Shown here: positions 26,177-36,037 of the stretch, piece by piece | Layout: each line of letters begins with the position of its first letter | Position numbering within the stretch: position 1 is the stretch's first letter | IMG/VR virus record: IMGVR_UViG_3300027730_000005 | Reading direction: 5' to 3' (one strand) | Source: a virus | Taxonomy: Duplodnaviria > Caudoviricetes | DNA: 64,000 bases | The notes under the pieces: model-generated | Told to the model about the DNA's origin: nothing | Database searches by the model: none | What the model saw: the letters and a program-made list of their open reading frames with translations, nothing else | Translations under genes and position numbers: made by a program

Positions 26177-28839
26177 TCAAATGAAAATAAGCTAGTAAAT
26201 GTATTTGCTGTGTTGGTACTTGATTGCAAGTTCCACGACAACACACCCAAAAGATTGTCAATTTTTTGATCCACCACAGTGGCTTCCATGTTGGCATCGT
26301 CAAACGGCAGTTCTTTAAACCATGTTGGCAAATGATGTTCGTCTGTGGGATATCCAATACTGGTCCACCCTAGCGCATTGCTTTTGAGCTTGCACACAAT
26401 GGTCTTCATACCATCCACAATTTGCATCGAGTAATTGTCCGAGTTCATGCGTCGCAATGTATTCCAGTTCAATGCAGCTCGCACATGCCCAGGCATGTTG
26501 GACTTGCCGTTCTTCTCTTCTAAATTGCCATATTTGGTCAAGTTATTCACACGCTTGGGTGAGCCTTTTTCCCAACCTGGGCGTTCAATAAATTTGTATT
26601 TGAATTCTCTAATACATTCTACAATTTCTTCTCTCTGTGTTCCTGTTAGGACCTTATTTAGAAGATCGCTAAGGAACTCTTGAATAACCACTGGAGTATC
26701 ACTGCGCTTCAAATCCAGGCCCATGGCCTTTACCTTGCCTGGTTTGCCATTCACATCCACACGTTTGTTTTCTTTGTCAATGTACAGCACAGCATACCGC
26801 TTCTTGGTAATAAACAAGCCAGTACGTGCCACAATTTCTCGACCACCACGAATCACAGATCCCATATCTCGTGGACAATGAAATGCCTGTTCCATGAATC
26901 CAGGAAACGAATCATTTACTTGATCAGCTATGGAGTTATACAATGCAATACAAGTTTCGGCAGACCACTCCATTCTGCCATCTTCGACTTCAGCTTGAAC
27001 CATGGGCCATGCTGAGAAGTAACAAGAGTCAGTGTCACCATAGATAATGCTTTTGCCACTGTGATCATATTCGCCAGTGATGCATTCATTCACATATGCA
27101 TCCATGTGTTTGGCAATACTGCGACCCACAAGGGTAGTTGATTGTCCAATACGTTTATCAAAAAATCTACAACCTGGATTCAAGATAGCACCATACAAGC
27201 TGTTTAGATTAATCTTCTTGACCAATTGACGTTTATCCCAGTATTCAAACTGCACATCGTCTTTGCCTTCAAACTCTCGTGCTTTCTTCTGCATGTCTTT
27301 ACGTTCGGCATACCAGCGTTTGAGCAAGCCTGGAATCACACCTTCTTTTTCATAGGTGAATATAGTGCCATTGGCACTGAGAATCCACGGTTGATTAGAA
27401 TCAAACAGCATTTTCCAAATCTCAGCAGCTGAGTGAACAGTTTCCTCACCATCTTGCCAGTCTATTGTGATCTCTGTACCACGTTGCTGTTCCATCACGG
27501 CTGTGTATTCCAAGCTGGCAAACAATCCTTCCCATGCAGCAGCAAAGCTATCTCCACCAGCTATTTTGTCTTGGATCAACCGATCAGTCATTGTGGGTCT
27601 GAGTTGACCAACAATGGTTTCTGGGCCCATGTTAAGGGCCCGAATAGCACTGGGATAGAGCGAGTTGATGTCGATGCTACCAATCCAGTCGTGGATTCCT
27701 TTTTTGGGATAAGCAACATAGGCACCTGCGGCTTGCGTGTCTTCATCTGTGAATCTTTCTTTACGGTTAGGAACTACCATACCACGTTCGTGAGCTTCAA
27801 TAATAATAGCTTGCTCAGTCACGGCCACTGCACCCATTGTGGTTTGCAACAGCACGGTATTTTCATGTGCTAGTGTATTGGCCAAGCTGAGAAATTTAAG
27901 TTTCTTATCCAGCTTGCCAATTAGCATTGTGTCTTGACGGTTGTAATCAATAAAGATTTTGAAGTTCTGGTTGTATAGTTGATCCAGTGTGCCTTCGAAT
28001 GCAGTCTTGCGACCAATTTCTTCGTATTCGCCAATGGCGTCTAACGCATAGCTATGACGTTCTTCATAAGTGTATTTGCGGTACAATTGCATATAGTCCA
28101 TATGCACTCGTCCTACCAAATCATAAGTTTGATTCTCTGCACCAAAGCGTTCAAACACACGTGGTTTGGGAAACTGGTTCCACAAACACATGCGTCTGGT
28201 ATCATCTTTGCTGAGCACTCTGGTGATTCGATTCACTGTGTACGGAATGTCATAGCCTTCTGAATTCCATCCAGTGAGAATGTCTGCATCTTCAATCAAG
28301 TCTAGGAATGTGTTCAGCATGTCTGCTTCTTTTTCAAACATAAAGCAGTTGTCAAATTCAGCAGCAATTTCTCTAGCTGTGTCCATGCTCATGTGGCGTG
28401 GCGGCACTGCCAGCGTCACAATCTGATCCAGCCAATCCATGTATACAGATATGGCTGTGATTGGATTAAACGGATCAGTCACCGGTGAGAAACCACGATT
28501 TGGATCAAAGTCTACTTCGATGTCATAGAATGCTGTGTGCAGTTGAGGGCCGTCTTTGCCTTTGTAGTTGTCTTCTAAACAACGAAAGATAGGATTGATA
28601 TCACTTTCGTAGAGTTTCTTACTGGAGTGCATACGCACTTCTTTTCGAAACTCTTTGTTGTTGCGTGAGGAAAATCTACTTACCGGTGTGTCGTATATGC
28701 TACGAAACTTGCCTTTAGGGTCGTCATAGTAAAGCACATAGTTGACCGGATACTCTTGGTATACCCGCTGACCATTTCGGCGTTCTACCACGTGAATTCG
28801 ATCGTGTGCTCGGTCATATAACGCATCAACATATGACAT
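26173..28839 (-). CDS. Family B DNA polymerase (gp43-like)
   Basis: YDIEV, GWNSEGYDIPY, DINSLYPS, KINLNSLYG, YGDTDS, KKRY. Confidence 0.95.
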   Translation of the reverse strand: MSYVDALYDRAHDRIHVVERRNGQRVYQEYPVNYVLYYDDPKGKFRSIYDTPVSRFSSRNNKEFRKEVRMHSSKKLYESDINPIFRCLEDNYKGKDGPQLHTAFYDIEVDFDPNRGFSPVTDPFNPITAISVYMDWLDQIVTLAVPPRHMSMDTAREIAAEFDNCFMFEKEADMLNTFLDLIEDADILTGWNSEGYDIPYTVNRITRVLSKDDTRRMCLWNQFPKPRVFERFGAENQTYDLVGRVHMDYMQLYRKYTYEERHSYALDAIGEYEEIGRKTAFEGTLDQLYNQNFKIFIDYNRQDTMLIGKLDKKLKFLSLANTLAHENTVLLQTTMGAVAVTEQAIIIEAHERGMVVPNRKERFTDEDTQAAGAYVAYPKKGIHDWIGSIDINSLYPSAIRALNMGPETIVGQLRPTMTDRLIQDKIAGGDSFAAAWEGLFASLEYTAVMEQQRGTEITIDWQDGEETVHSAAEIWKMLFDSNQPWILSANGTIFTYEKEGVIPGLLKRWYAERKDMQKKAREFEGKDDVQFEYWDKRQLVKKINLNSLYGAILNPGCRFFDKRIGQSTTLVGRSIAKHMDAYVNECITGEYDHSGKSIIYGDTDSCYFSAWPMVQAEVEDGRMEWSAETCIALYNSIADQVNDSFPGFMEQAFHCPRDMGSVIRGGREIVARTGLFITKKRYAVLYIDKENKRVDVNGKPGKVKAMGLDLKRSDTPVVIQEFLSDLLNKVLTGTQREEIVECIREFKYKFIERPGWEKGSPKRVNNLTKYGNLEEKNGKSNMPGHVRAALNWNTLRRMNSDNYSMQIVDGMKTIVCKLKSNALGWTSIGYPTDEHHLPTWFKELPFDDANMEATVVDQKIDNLLGVLSWNLQSSTNTANTFTSLFSFE

Positions 28840-28899
28840 GAAAATTTTCCTTTTTAAGTATCAGCTTATTACTCGCTGGGTTCGAGGCGTCAAAGTAAC

Positions 28900-29475
28900 T
28901 CATTGATCTCCAATATTATTAATAACTTTATTGTACAATACTTGATCATCGTCGAGCATAAAAAATAGCCCAGTTGACATGTAGTGATGTTTTTCGCAAA
29001 TTTTTCTAATACGATCTAATATATTTTTTTTATCTGGCGGGCTAATGTTCATATTTGGTATTTGATCTTCTGTTATTACAATTCCATGTTTACGCAAAAA
29101 AGAACATGTTATTGTGTTACTTTGAATAGTTGGATGATCCAATGGCAACCATTTTATTTTTTTAATATTATCACCAAACATTAGAGTCAGCGGATACGAA
29201 TGATGATCAAAATATCCCGACGACAAGAATTTTTCAAATCTTGGATCGTTGATGACTGACGTCAACTGATTTTGATATAAAAATTGTGTTGTCCCACGTA
29301 GGTGTCTTTCATAAGGATTGGATATGTGAGCAAATACAGTATCGTTTGACCAGTCAATATCCTCTGATAAGAAGGTGGGCCAATTCAGTGTGTTGCCAAA
29401 CAGCACTTCATAAGAAGTTGCGGCATTCTTATAAATTGGTATATAGACCAGGTGCTTAAAACGATATGCTCTCAT
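28900..29475 (-). CDS. Sulfotransferase family 2-like protein
   Basis: YIPIYKNAATS (5'-PSB-like) and FAHISNPYER (3'-PB-like). Confidence 0.45.
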   Translation of the reverse strand: MRAYRFKHLVYIPIYKNAATSYEVLFGNTLNWPTFLSEDIDWSNDTVFAHISNPYERHLRGTTQFLYQNQLTSVINDPRFEKFLSSGYFDHHSYPLTLMFGDNIKKIKWLPLDHPTIQSNTITCSFLRKHGIVITEDQIPNMNISPPDKKNILDRIRKICEKHHYMSTGLFFMLDDDQVLYNKVINNIGDQ

Positions 29476-29530
29476 TATTTTCCATTTGTGGCTGGTTAAC
29501 CATGATTCATGTTCTTAAAGTGAACGACTC

Positions 29531-29839
29531 TCAATTGCCTTGTATCAGCAATTTTATCAGCCCTGCGCTGTCAATAATACTTAGTATCAAATAATTACCT
29601 AGGATGCCAAAGCTACCACGAGTGTATGAACACCAGGCCATGATCAAACAACCCGTGATAAATGCCATATACAAAGGGATAAATGGCAAGTTAGGCACAG
29701 TGATAGCATAGGTTAGACTACAACCCAGCGATATCACCCACCCTAGCATTTCCAAACAAAAACGCAGTGGGTGGGCATTGAAATCAGATTGAATGTAGTG
29801 GACTATATTGCTGCGCCACTCTTGAAATCTAGTGGTCAA
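29531..29839 (-). CDS. Small three-TM membrane protein
   Basis: Three hydrophobic segments. Confidence 0.65.
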   Translation of the reverse strand: MTTRFQEWRSNIVHYIQSDFNAHPLRFCLEMLGWVISLGCSLTYAITVPNLPFIPLYMAFITGCLIMAWCSYTRGSFGILGNYLILSIIDSAGLIKLLIQGN

Positions 29840-30099
29840 AGTGTTTTGCCTACAGTTTCCAGAATAGTTTCCAGCAATTCGTGATCTTGTTTGGCTTTAC
29901 CAAACTCGGCTTTGTGTGCTAGCTTGATAGCTTTTTTCAGCACACCGGGTTTGATTTCTAATTCTTCGGCAATGGCCTTGATGGTATCATTGAGTCCGCC
30001 AGTGAGTGTTTCAATCTCTTGTGTGACCTGCATACCTTCCGTGATGATCTGAATCAGTTTGATCTTTTGGTCGCCGTTGAATGTTTTTTGATTGTTCAT
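29836..30099 (-). CDS. T4 DsbA/GapR-like dsDNA-binding protein
   Basis: IKAIAEELEIKPGVLKKAIKLAHK pattern, 87 aa. Confidence 0.6.
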   Translation of the reverse strand: MNNQKTFNGDQKIKLIQIITEGMQVTQEIETLTGGLNDTIKAIAEELEIKPGVLKKAIKLAHKAEFGKAKQDHELLETILETVGKTL

Positions 30100-30120
30100 A
30101 GAGTTCTCCAGTAAAAATAC

Positions 30121-30149
30121 ATTATAGCAACTGTGTTGACTATATGCAA
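30121..30149 (-). promoter_or_regulatory. Sigma70-type promoter for the replication operon
   Basis: TTGCAT-17 bp-TATAAT. Confidence 0.65.
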
Positions 30150-30164
30150 GTAGTTTTGGTTAAC

Positions 30165-32183
30165 TCAACGGCTGTTTAGCATCTGTGCCATCAGTGCTCG
30201 ACGTTTCACACGACTTTCACTTACGGTCTTTGGTCCAGTGTCCGTTTTTTTAGGTTCAGGAGTAGACTTAGGAATTGAGCTAGGAGTTCTACGCAAACTG
30301 GCATCACTTTTAGCACGTTGTTTGTCCCAGGCCATGCTCAATCGTTGTGCAGCACTCATACGTGCCTCCGCTACACTTTCGTTCTTGCCTGATAGTCCTG
30401 CACGAGCTTCGGCTTTTGTCATTTTATATTGTGCTTGAAATTCAGCATCAGTTAGCTCTCGTAAATCCGTTATTAATTCTTTAACACGGCCTTCTGAAAT
30501 ACCTTTTTTCTTGGCTTCTTCTACATCATACTTGGGCATGGGTCTTTGACCAGCTCGACCTTTGACTCCACGCTTCTCTGTGCTTGGTGGTTTTGTTGGT
30601 GGAACGATATCACCTTGGTATCTAACCTTAGTTGGTTCTGGCTTCTTTAGTCTGTCGGCTCTGGGCATTACTACAATAGGAGCACCTTCCGCCACACCTT
30701 GCTCACCAACTAAATGTTTGGCGTCTTTGCCCCATTTCTTCCACATCCGTTTACCCCAGGTACTTTGATGGGGACTTGGTTTAACATCGTTGCCTAAACT
30801 TTTAGCAAAAGCATACATCATGGCAGCAACGCCTCGGCTCATATAATCGTCATCCACTTCGGTCCATTCACTTTCCAACCATTGATTACCTTTTTCATCA
30901 GATTTCACAACGAAGTGTGCCCAACCAATTACATTTTGACGATCATGTGCTGTTATAGATAATCCTATATCATTCAGATTACCATGTCCAAGAATTCTAC
31001 CCCTAAATGGACGGGCTTTGAACTCAAAGTCATCCATGCGGACTTTCTCAGTTGGTTCGTTCGAAATGTGTTTGTCGAAAATATCTGGGTGTACTACTTC
31101 TTTTATAGCCTTCTTCATATATTTCTTACGCAATTCTGAGCCTTCCACCACACCTTGCTCTTTCATATACTTCTTACGTAATTTTAAGTCTGATGGCGTT
31201 GCTTTTCTGATTAAATTCAAATATTTGTTTACTGGAATTTCTTTTATCTCAATGGGTTTGATTCCTTCTACTCCAGGAATAGAATGAAACTCTCTGCTAT
31301 TGCCACCTTGAACAAACTGTGGTTTTTCATCTGGACCATTGAATGGTAATTTATGTAGATACACATATTCACCTTTTCTAATCTTGCCACTGAACAAAAC
31401 CATTTGTGGATCATTGGGGAACATACCTGTGTCTGACCCAGCAGTAGTTAGACCCATTGCTATAGCAACTTTAGGGTCGGAGGTAGCATAGATAGCATTT
31501 TGATTACTACCAGCCGCACCACCTGTATCTACCGATTGTCTTGGCTCTAGCATAGGAATCTTTTGTCTTGACCCATGCCAAAGATAGGTATTAATAACTT
31601 TGCCTTCCGCCACACCTTCGTTAAACTCACCATCATCGCCCCATGGTTCTCCATAGATTTTTCCCCAGTCTTGGTTAAGTGGTAAATCATTTTCTATCCA
31701 GTATGCACCTAACTGATCTTTTAACTGTGTGTCGCCCTGAAGGTATGCGTCGAATCCTGGTTTTAGTCCTTTTAAGAAACTATCACGGACTTGTTCGAAA
31801 TGTACTATGTCTGCCGCAGCAACTTCCTGTGTACCGGCTTGTGCTAAGTCTTTTTTGGTCCACCCAGCATCTATTAGATCCTGTATTTCTTCTTGTTTTT
31901 GCTGAGCGAACTCATTAACAAAGTTTTCGGTAACAGCGTAATAGCTTGAAGCAGAATTGCCACCAGGGGCAAATTCATTTAATCGACTTCCTGCTACGCC
32001 TTGATCAACTTTTTTCTCTCGTGCCCTACGTTTGGAATAGTCAGTGTCGGCTGGGTTGTTTTTGTTCTTGGCAGGTGGTCGAGTACCTGCAATTCGTTCT
32101 TCTTCACTCTTGCGACGAGTAAAATAATCATTGGCAGCAGAGCCTTCAACGACTGTGGGCTTGAAAAGATTCTCAATAATCAT
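30165..32183 (-). CDS. Modular polyprotein (ART-like HGS module, GNAT module, basic peptides) with GVAE/G linkers
   Basis: LWHGS…IYATSD; YMSRGVAAMMY; repeated (E/K)QGV(A/V)EG. Confidence 0.7.
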   Translation of the reverse strand: MIIENLFKPTVVEGSAANDYFTRRKSEEERIAGTRPPAKNKNNPADTDYSKRRAREKKVDQGVAGSRLNEFAPGGNSASSYYAVTENFVNEFAQQKQEEIQDLIDAGWTKKDLAQAGTQEVAAADIVHFEQVRDSFLKGLKPGFDAYLQGDTQLKDQLGAYWIENDLPLNQDWGKIYGEPWGDDGEFNEGVAEGKVINTYLWHGSRQKIPMLEPRQSVDTGGAAGSNQNAIYATSDPKVAIAMGLTTAGSDTGMFPNDPQMVLFSGKIRKGEYVYLHKLPFNGPDEKPQFVQGGNSREFHSIPGVEGIKPIEIKEIPVNKYLNLIRKATPSDLKLRKKYMKEQGVVEGSELRKKYMKKAIKEVVHPDIFDKHISNEPTEKVRMDDFEFKARPFRGRILGHGNLNDIGLSITAHDRQNVIGWAHFVVKSDEKGNQWLESEWTEVDDDYMSRGVAAMMYAFAKSLGNDVKPSPHQSTWGKRMWKKWGKDAKHLVGEQGVAEGAPIVVMPRADRLKKPEPTKVRYQGDIVPPTKPPSTEKRGVKGRAGQRPMPKYDVEEAKKKGISEGRVKELITDLRELTDAEFQAQYKMTKAEARAGLSGKNESVAEARMSAAQRLSMAWDKQRAKSDASLRRTPSSIPKSTPEPKKTDTGPKTVSESRVKRRALMAQMLNSR

Positions 32184-32184
32184 A

Positions 32185-32847
32185 TTATGCTTCTTCTAAG
32201 TAATCTTGGCTGGGATCTTGCAACTGTGAACGACGATGTGCTCGAAACATCTCTACTGCCATTTCAGCTTCATCTAAGTCTCTAAACTTGCTGGGCAATA
32301 TACGGCCTTGATGGCGAATTTCAAATCCGCGACGTTGATCTCCCCAACACTCTAGACATGTGCCATCTTCTAATGTGATTGTTTTTACAGGACCAGATTC
32401 GCCTACACTAACTGGACTCATCATGGCAGTACCTGACATCATTGGCTCTTGGGATTCTTCCTGTGACTGTTCGTCGTATTCGTCTTGATCGTCGGCCTTG
32501 GCAGGATTCTTATCTTGAATTTCTTGTTTGGCTTTTTGTTCCAGCTGGTCAAGATATTGTGTGAGATCCTTCTTGACTCGGCTTAACATGTCTTCGTCGA
32601 TCTCAGACATGCGTTCAGCCAATGCACTCCGAACAGGCTGAACACTATCGCCAACCATGTTTTTGCCTAATGGTTTCTTTTGATTATCACTGCCCAATAC
32701 TGGTGATACGTTTTCTGGCTTGAACAATGCAGGCAGTTGCGGCACTGACTTTTGTTGCTTGTTCAGCCCTTTTTTTACCGAGACGGGAGTAATGTCTGAT
32801 TCAATTACGGCCAGACGTTTTAGTATGTTTGCAATATCATAGCTCAT
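32185..32847 (-). CDS. Hypothetical acidic protein, possibly head-associated
   Basis: 220-aa ORF inside the array; VIE/S, VGE/S motifs. Confidence 0.6.
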   Translation of the reverse strand: MSYDIANILKRLAVIESDITPVSVKKGLNKQQKSVPQLPALFKPENVSPVLGSDNQKKPLGKNMVGDSVQPVRSALAERMSEIDEDMLSRVKKDLTQYLDQLEQKAKQEIQDKNPAKADDQDEYDEQSQEESQEPMMSGTAMMSPVSVGESGPVKTITLEDGTCLECWGDQRRGFEIRHQGRILPSKFRDLDEAEMAVEMFRAHRRSQLQDPSQDYLEEA

Positions 32848-33284
32848 GCTCGTTCAACCTTCAAATAACTGTTCAGTTGCCAACGATACTTGCCATGAGC
32901 ACTAAGTCGTTCTGCAATAAAATTAGCAATACCTTGTTGATTTTCTTCGTTGGCTACCGCAAAGCAAGCGTTCAGTACATCTAGCATTTGATTGTTGTTG
33001 GCGTACAATTCTTCCAACATTAATCGAGCACGTGGAATTTTGGTCTGTCCAGAAATCTCTGTGAGTTCACTATAACGTTCTAAACTTCCCGGAGCATACT
33101 CACCTAGATAGCGAATGTATTCTGCTGTGGGATCTAGTGCTGAGTAAGCATCTTCGTAAATGTTTTGAAAGAAATCATGCAATTCTCCAAAGTCGGGACC
33201 TTCTACATTCCAGTGAAATTGATGTGCTTTTAAGTAGTAGGCAAAATTAGTTGCCAGGAGTGTTTTTAAATTGTCCGCGAGCAT
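32844..33284 (-). CDS. dps: Dps ferritin-like DNA protection protein
   Basis: KAHQFHWNVEGPDFGELHDFF…AEYIR…HGKYRWQL; start at MLADNLK. Confidence 0.88.
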   Translation of the reverse strand: MLADNLKTLLATNFAYYLKAHQFHWNVEGPDFGELHDFFQNIYEDAYSALDPTAEYIRYLGEYAPGSLERYSELTEISGQTKIPRARLMLEELYANNNQMLDVLNACFAVANEENQQGIANFIAERLSAHGKYRWQLNSYLKVERA

Positions 33285-33459
33285 GCTTGTTCCTTTTGTA
33301 TTCCTTGGGCGTGTTAGGCGTCGGGTCCGTTGTGTATTTACCACTCAGCATAGAACCGCCTTGTCTTGTTTGTATACCCATTGGTTGAACTAACACTGCC
33401 ATAGAGCCAGTGCTGGAGCTGCCTGCGCTTGCGTCTTCCATTATTTCATGTGCTCTCAT
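33247..33459 (-). CDS. Small protein with CTS-like start (MRAHEIME)
   Basis: Start codons ATGAGAGCA shared with array members. Confidence 0.6.
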   Translation of the reverse strand: MRAHEIMEDASAGSSSTGSMAVLVQPMGIQTRQGGSMLSGKYTTDPTPNTPKEYKRNKHARGQFKNTPGN

Positions 33460-33748
33460 GTTCAATCCTTAACAATGTGTGGTTCACCATGTGTGCGCCC
33501 GGCGGTCCATCTTTGATGCATGTATTGCTCACTTGAATGCGCCCTTGTGCCGGCGGAACCAATTCTCGGCGTAATTCATATTCGCCCGGCGGTGCATAAA
33601 TCTGTATTAGTTCTTCTAGATACTCTTCTCGCCAGACCCATGTACGTTCTGAAAACAATTCTCCGCCTACATATAGTCTATAATTAGGTGACGGTCCGTC
33701 CCAGTCGACTGAAACATCAGCATTGATCAACACAAACTGTGCAGTCAT
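33446..33748 (-). CDS. Hypothetical protein
   Basis: ORF track. Confidence 0.65.
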   Translation of the reverse strand: MTAQFVLINADVSVDWDGPSPNYRLYVGGELFSERTWVWREEYLEELIQIYAPPGEYELRRELVPPAQGRIQVSNTCIKDGPPGAHMVNHTLLRIEHEST

Positions 33749-34038
33749 GTGTCGGATATGTCAGGAGTAACTGCTCGGTGCAGACGATGTCTTGATGCAG
33801 AACTTAAAAGATGATCATCGTCAGAGTCTGGTTCATATCCACCATAACGACTCGGGTCGGCACGATGTTTAATTCCAGTTTTGAGTTTTTCTATTTTGCC
33901 CATTTTAACTGGGGTTTTGTCTGGTGGAGAATTTGGACCACGGCGACCACTGTTAGAATTACCAGCTTCCTCAACATTCTTTTCGCCTAGGAATCCCATA
34001 CCTTCACGTGGGTGATTAAATAGTTCGTATATCAACAT
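33745..34038 (-). CDS. Hypothetical protein (MLIYELF start, VEE/A linker)
   Basis: ORF track. Confidence 0.6.
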   Translation of the reverse strand: MLIYELFNHPREGMGFLGEKNVEEAGNSNSGRRGPNSPPDKTPVKMGKIEKLKTGIKHRADPSRYGGYEPDSDDDHLLSSASRHRLHRAVTPDISDT

Positions 34039-34040
34039 GA

Positions 34041-34367
34041 TTATTCAGTCCAGGGCAGTGGAAGTATTACCACTGGAGGGATAATCTGCAAGTCAATTTG
34101 ATCTTGTACTTGTAACTCTACAGCGTTTTTATCGACACCATTGGTCCAGATCCAGTCAAGCACTTGTTGTTGTGTTAGATCAACGTAAGGTGTAAAAGAT
34201 GCAGAAGCCAACGGAATCTCGCAGGCGGCGAGTGCTGATACCCGGGCGCTGTAGCCGTCTTGTACACCACTGCATGCCCAATAAACTCCAAATACCACAT
34301 CCGGATAACCGTCTGCTTCGGGATAGCATGTCATCTCAGTCACGGTCCAATTGATTGTTGCGGCCAT
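34041..34367 (-). CDS. Small tail fibre-associated-like protein
   Basis: INWTVTEM…DVVFGVYW…FTPYVDLTQQQVLDWI…LPLPW resembles common phage tail accessory proteins. Confidence 0.45.
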   Translation of the reverse strand: MAATINWTVTEMTCYPEADGYPDVVFGVYWACSGVQDGYSARVSALAACEIPLASASFTPYVDLTQQQVLDWIWTNGVDKNAVELQVQDQIDLQIIPPVVILPLPWTE

Positions 34368-34390
34368 TGTAATTTACTTTCTAAAATCTG

Positions 34391-35035
34391 TTATGCCATC
34401 TGCGTGGAAGGAGACAATGCTGCGGCCAGGGCCATACGTTTTTGTCTATGTGCGCCCGAACTTCGTTCATAGTATTGATCTACAATAGCAGCAGCATCTT
34501 CTGCTGTTTTTGCACTCTTCAATCTTTGCCCTGCGTTTGCTTCCTTGTTGTTCAATTCGTACTGTACAAACTCTAATTGGTCTTGTAAGCTAGAATCTTG
34601 TAATGGTTTACGCATTGCATTAGCAAAATCTTGTTGTCGTGATCCGCGCCATTGTGCAATACCATATGCTTTCTCGCCGGGATTCCATGCAGCAGGATTG
34701 AGATTTTGACCTGATTCTGCTTGTAGGTTGGCCACTAGTCCAGCAGCTTGTTCAGGTGACCATCCTTGTTGCATAAAGTAGTCTAGAGCAATTTTTGCAT
34801 TGCCTGCTGTGCCACCACCTGCTCTATTAGATGGTCCAGACATACCAGATCCAGGCAAACGTATTCGAGATCCAGGCTGAATATCATTAGCACTAGCAAA
34901 CTGTGGATTTTGCCACATGATGCCATCTACTGTGGTATCGTAGGACTTTGCTATGTTCGGCAAGGAATCTCCAGATCTCACAGTATAGATATTGTTAGAG
35001 CTAGTGGCTTCAGACAAGAAATCAAATAACTTCAT
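34391..35035 (-). CDS. LysM plus phage tail lysozyme-like muralytic protein with CTS-like start
   Basis: YTVRSGDSL LysM; AAGLVANLQAESG…YGIAQWRGSR. Confidence 0.8.
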   Translation of the reverse strand: MKLFDFLSEATSSNNIYTVRSGDSLPNIAKSYDTTVDGIMWQNPQFASANDIQPGSRIRLPGSGMSGPSNRAGGGTAGNAKIALDYFMQQGWSPEQAAGLVANLQAESGQNLNPAAWNPGEKAYGIAQWRGSRQQDFANAMRKPLQDSSLQDQLEFVQYELNNKEANAGQRLKSAKTAEDAAAIVDQYYERSSGAHRQKRMALAAALSPSTQMA

Positions 35036-35036
35036 A

Positions 35037-35999
35037 TTACCCTTTTAACATGGTAGACATGCGACGCATTTGATCCACGCTGTATTCAAAATTTGATTGT
35101 TTACTAGTGCTTTCTTGAAGTTTTGCCGGTGCTGTGCCGCCTGCTGGTATACCTAATTTTGCTCTACCTTGATCAATTACAGAAGGCTGTGTTGCTATTC
35201 TTTGACTAACTGACTGATTAGTTGGATTTGCTGGTGCCGCTGGTTTTGTTGGAGTAGCAGCCTGACCCGTCATATTAGCGGGCGGCGCCTTGGCGTAGCT
35301 GCTACGCTCTTGAGCCGAGGCTGGTCCTCTGAGGTTAGCTGCAGGGCCGCCAGGTTTTTGTGCAGACAAAATAGCGCCTGCTGTGGTAGGCCCAATAATA
35401 CCGTCAGCCGTTAAACCGTTAGCTGTTTGAAATTTCTTAATAGCATCAACATTTGGTTTATTATTCGTTAATAGTCCCATTCTAGATGCATACGCAGCGA
35501 TTGCAGGGGACATTGATTTATTAGCAGCTGGCTTAGCTGGACTTGCTGCTTGTGTAGGTGCTGCTGGTGTAGATGCGGCAGCATTGACTGCCGCTGCTTG
35601 TCCCATACTCATATCTGTAGCACTTGCAGCAGTATCGGCAGCATTGACTGCCGCTGCTTGTCCCATACTCATATCTGTAGCACTTGCAGCAGTATCGGCA
35701 GCATTGACTGCACCTGCTTGTCCCATACTCATATCTGTAGCACCTGCAACAGCGTCAGCCTTGTCAGCGGCAGCCTGTGCTGCTGCCTCTTCACCGGGAT
35801 TACCTACTCCAGTTGCAGAACTTGTTGCTGCTGGTTTACCTTTATTTGGTGCTCGCATGGCAATGTAAGGGTCATTGATGTCGGGTTTGCCGCCACCGCG
35901 GGTGTACCATGCTTGATCTTCTGGACTCATGGCTGCAAATTTGGCAGCATCGGCACCTTGGTACGGATTTGCTTCTCTTAAAAATTCTATTGATCTCAT
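35037..35999 (-). CDS. Ala-rich repeat protein with peptidoglycan-binding domain and CTS-like start
   Basis: MRSIEFLRE; AIKKFQTANGLTADGIIGPTT. Confidence 0.75.
   Translation of the reverse strand: MRSIEFLREANPYQGADAAKFAAMSPEDQAWYTRGGGKPDINDPYIAMRAPNKGKPAATSSATGVGNPGEEAAAQAAADKADAVAGATDMSMGQAGAVNAADTAASATDMSMGQAAAVNAADTAASATDMSMGQAAAVNAAASTPAAPTQAASPAKPAANKSMSPAIAAYASRMGLLTNNKPNVDAIKKFQTANGLTADGIIGPTTAGAILSAQKPGGPAANLRGPASAQERSSYAKAPPANMTGQAATPTKPAAPANPTNQSVSQRIATQPSVIDQGRAKLGIPAGGTAPAKLQESTSKQSNFEYSVDQMRRMSTMLKG
35581..35760. repeat. Three tandem 60-bp (20-aa) coding repeats
   Basis: Two identical copies plus one diverged copy (ATDMSMGQAxAVNAADTAAS). Confidence 0.92.
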
Positions 36000-36037
36000 G
36001 TGATATTCCTTTATGAATGACCTATGCTTTATTTATT

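Noticed and set aside
28840-28899. Autogenous translational operator hairpin upstream of polB (TTACT…AGTAA), and short palindromes at 29476-29530
   Set aside because: Stems are only 4-5 bp and interrupted; indistinguishable from chance without comparative data.
35581-35760. Mobile element or regulatory repeat
   Set aside because: In-frame 60-bp coding repeat within a low-complexity linker; ordinary slippage expansion.
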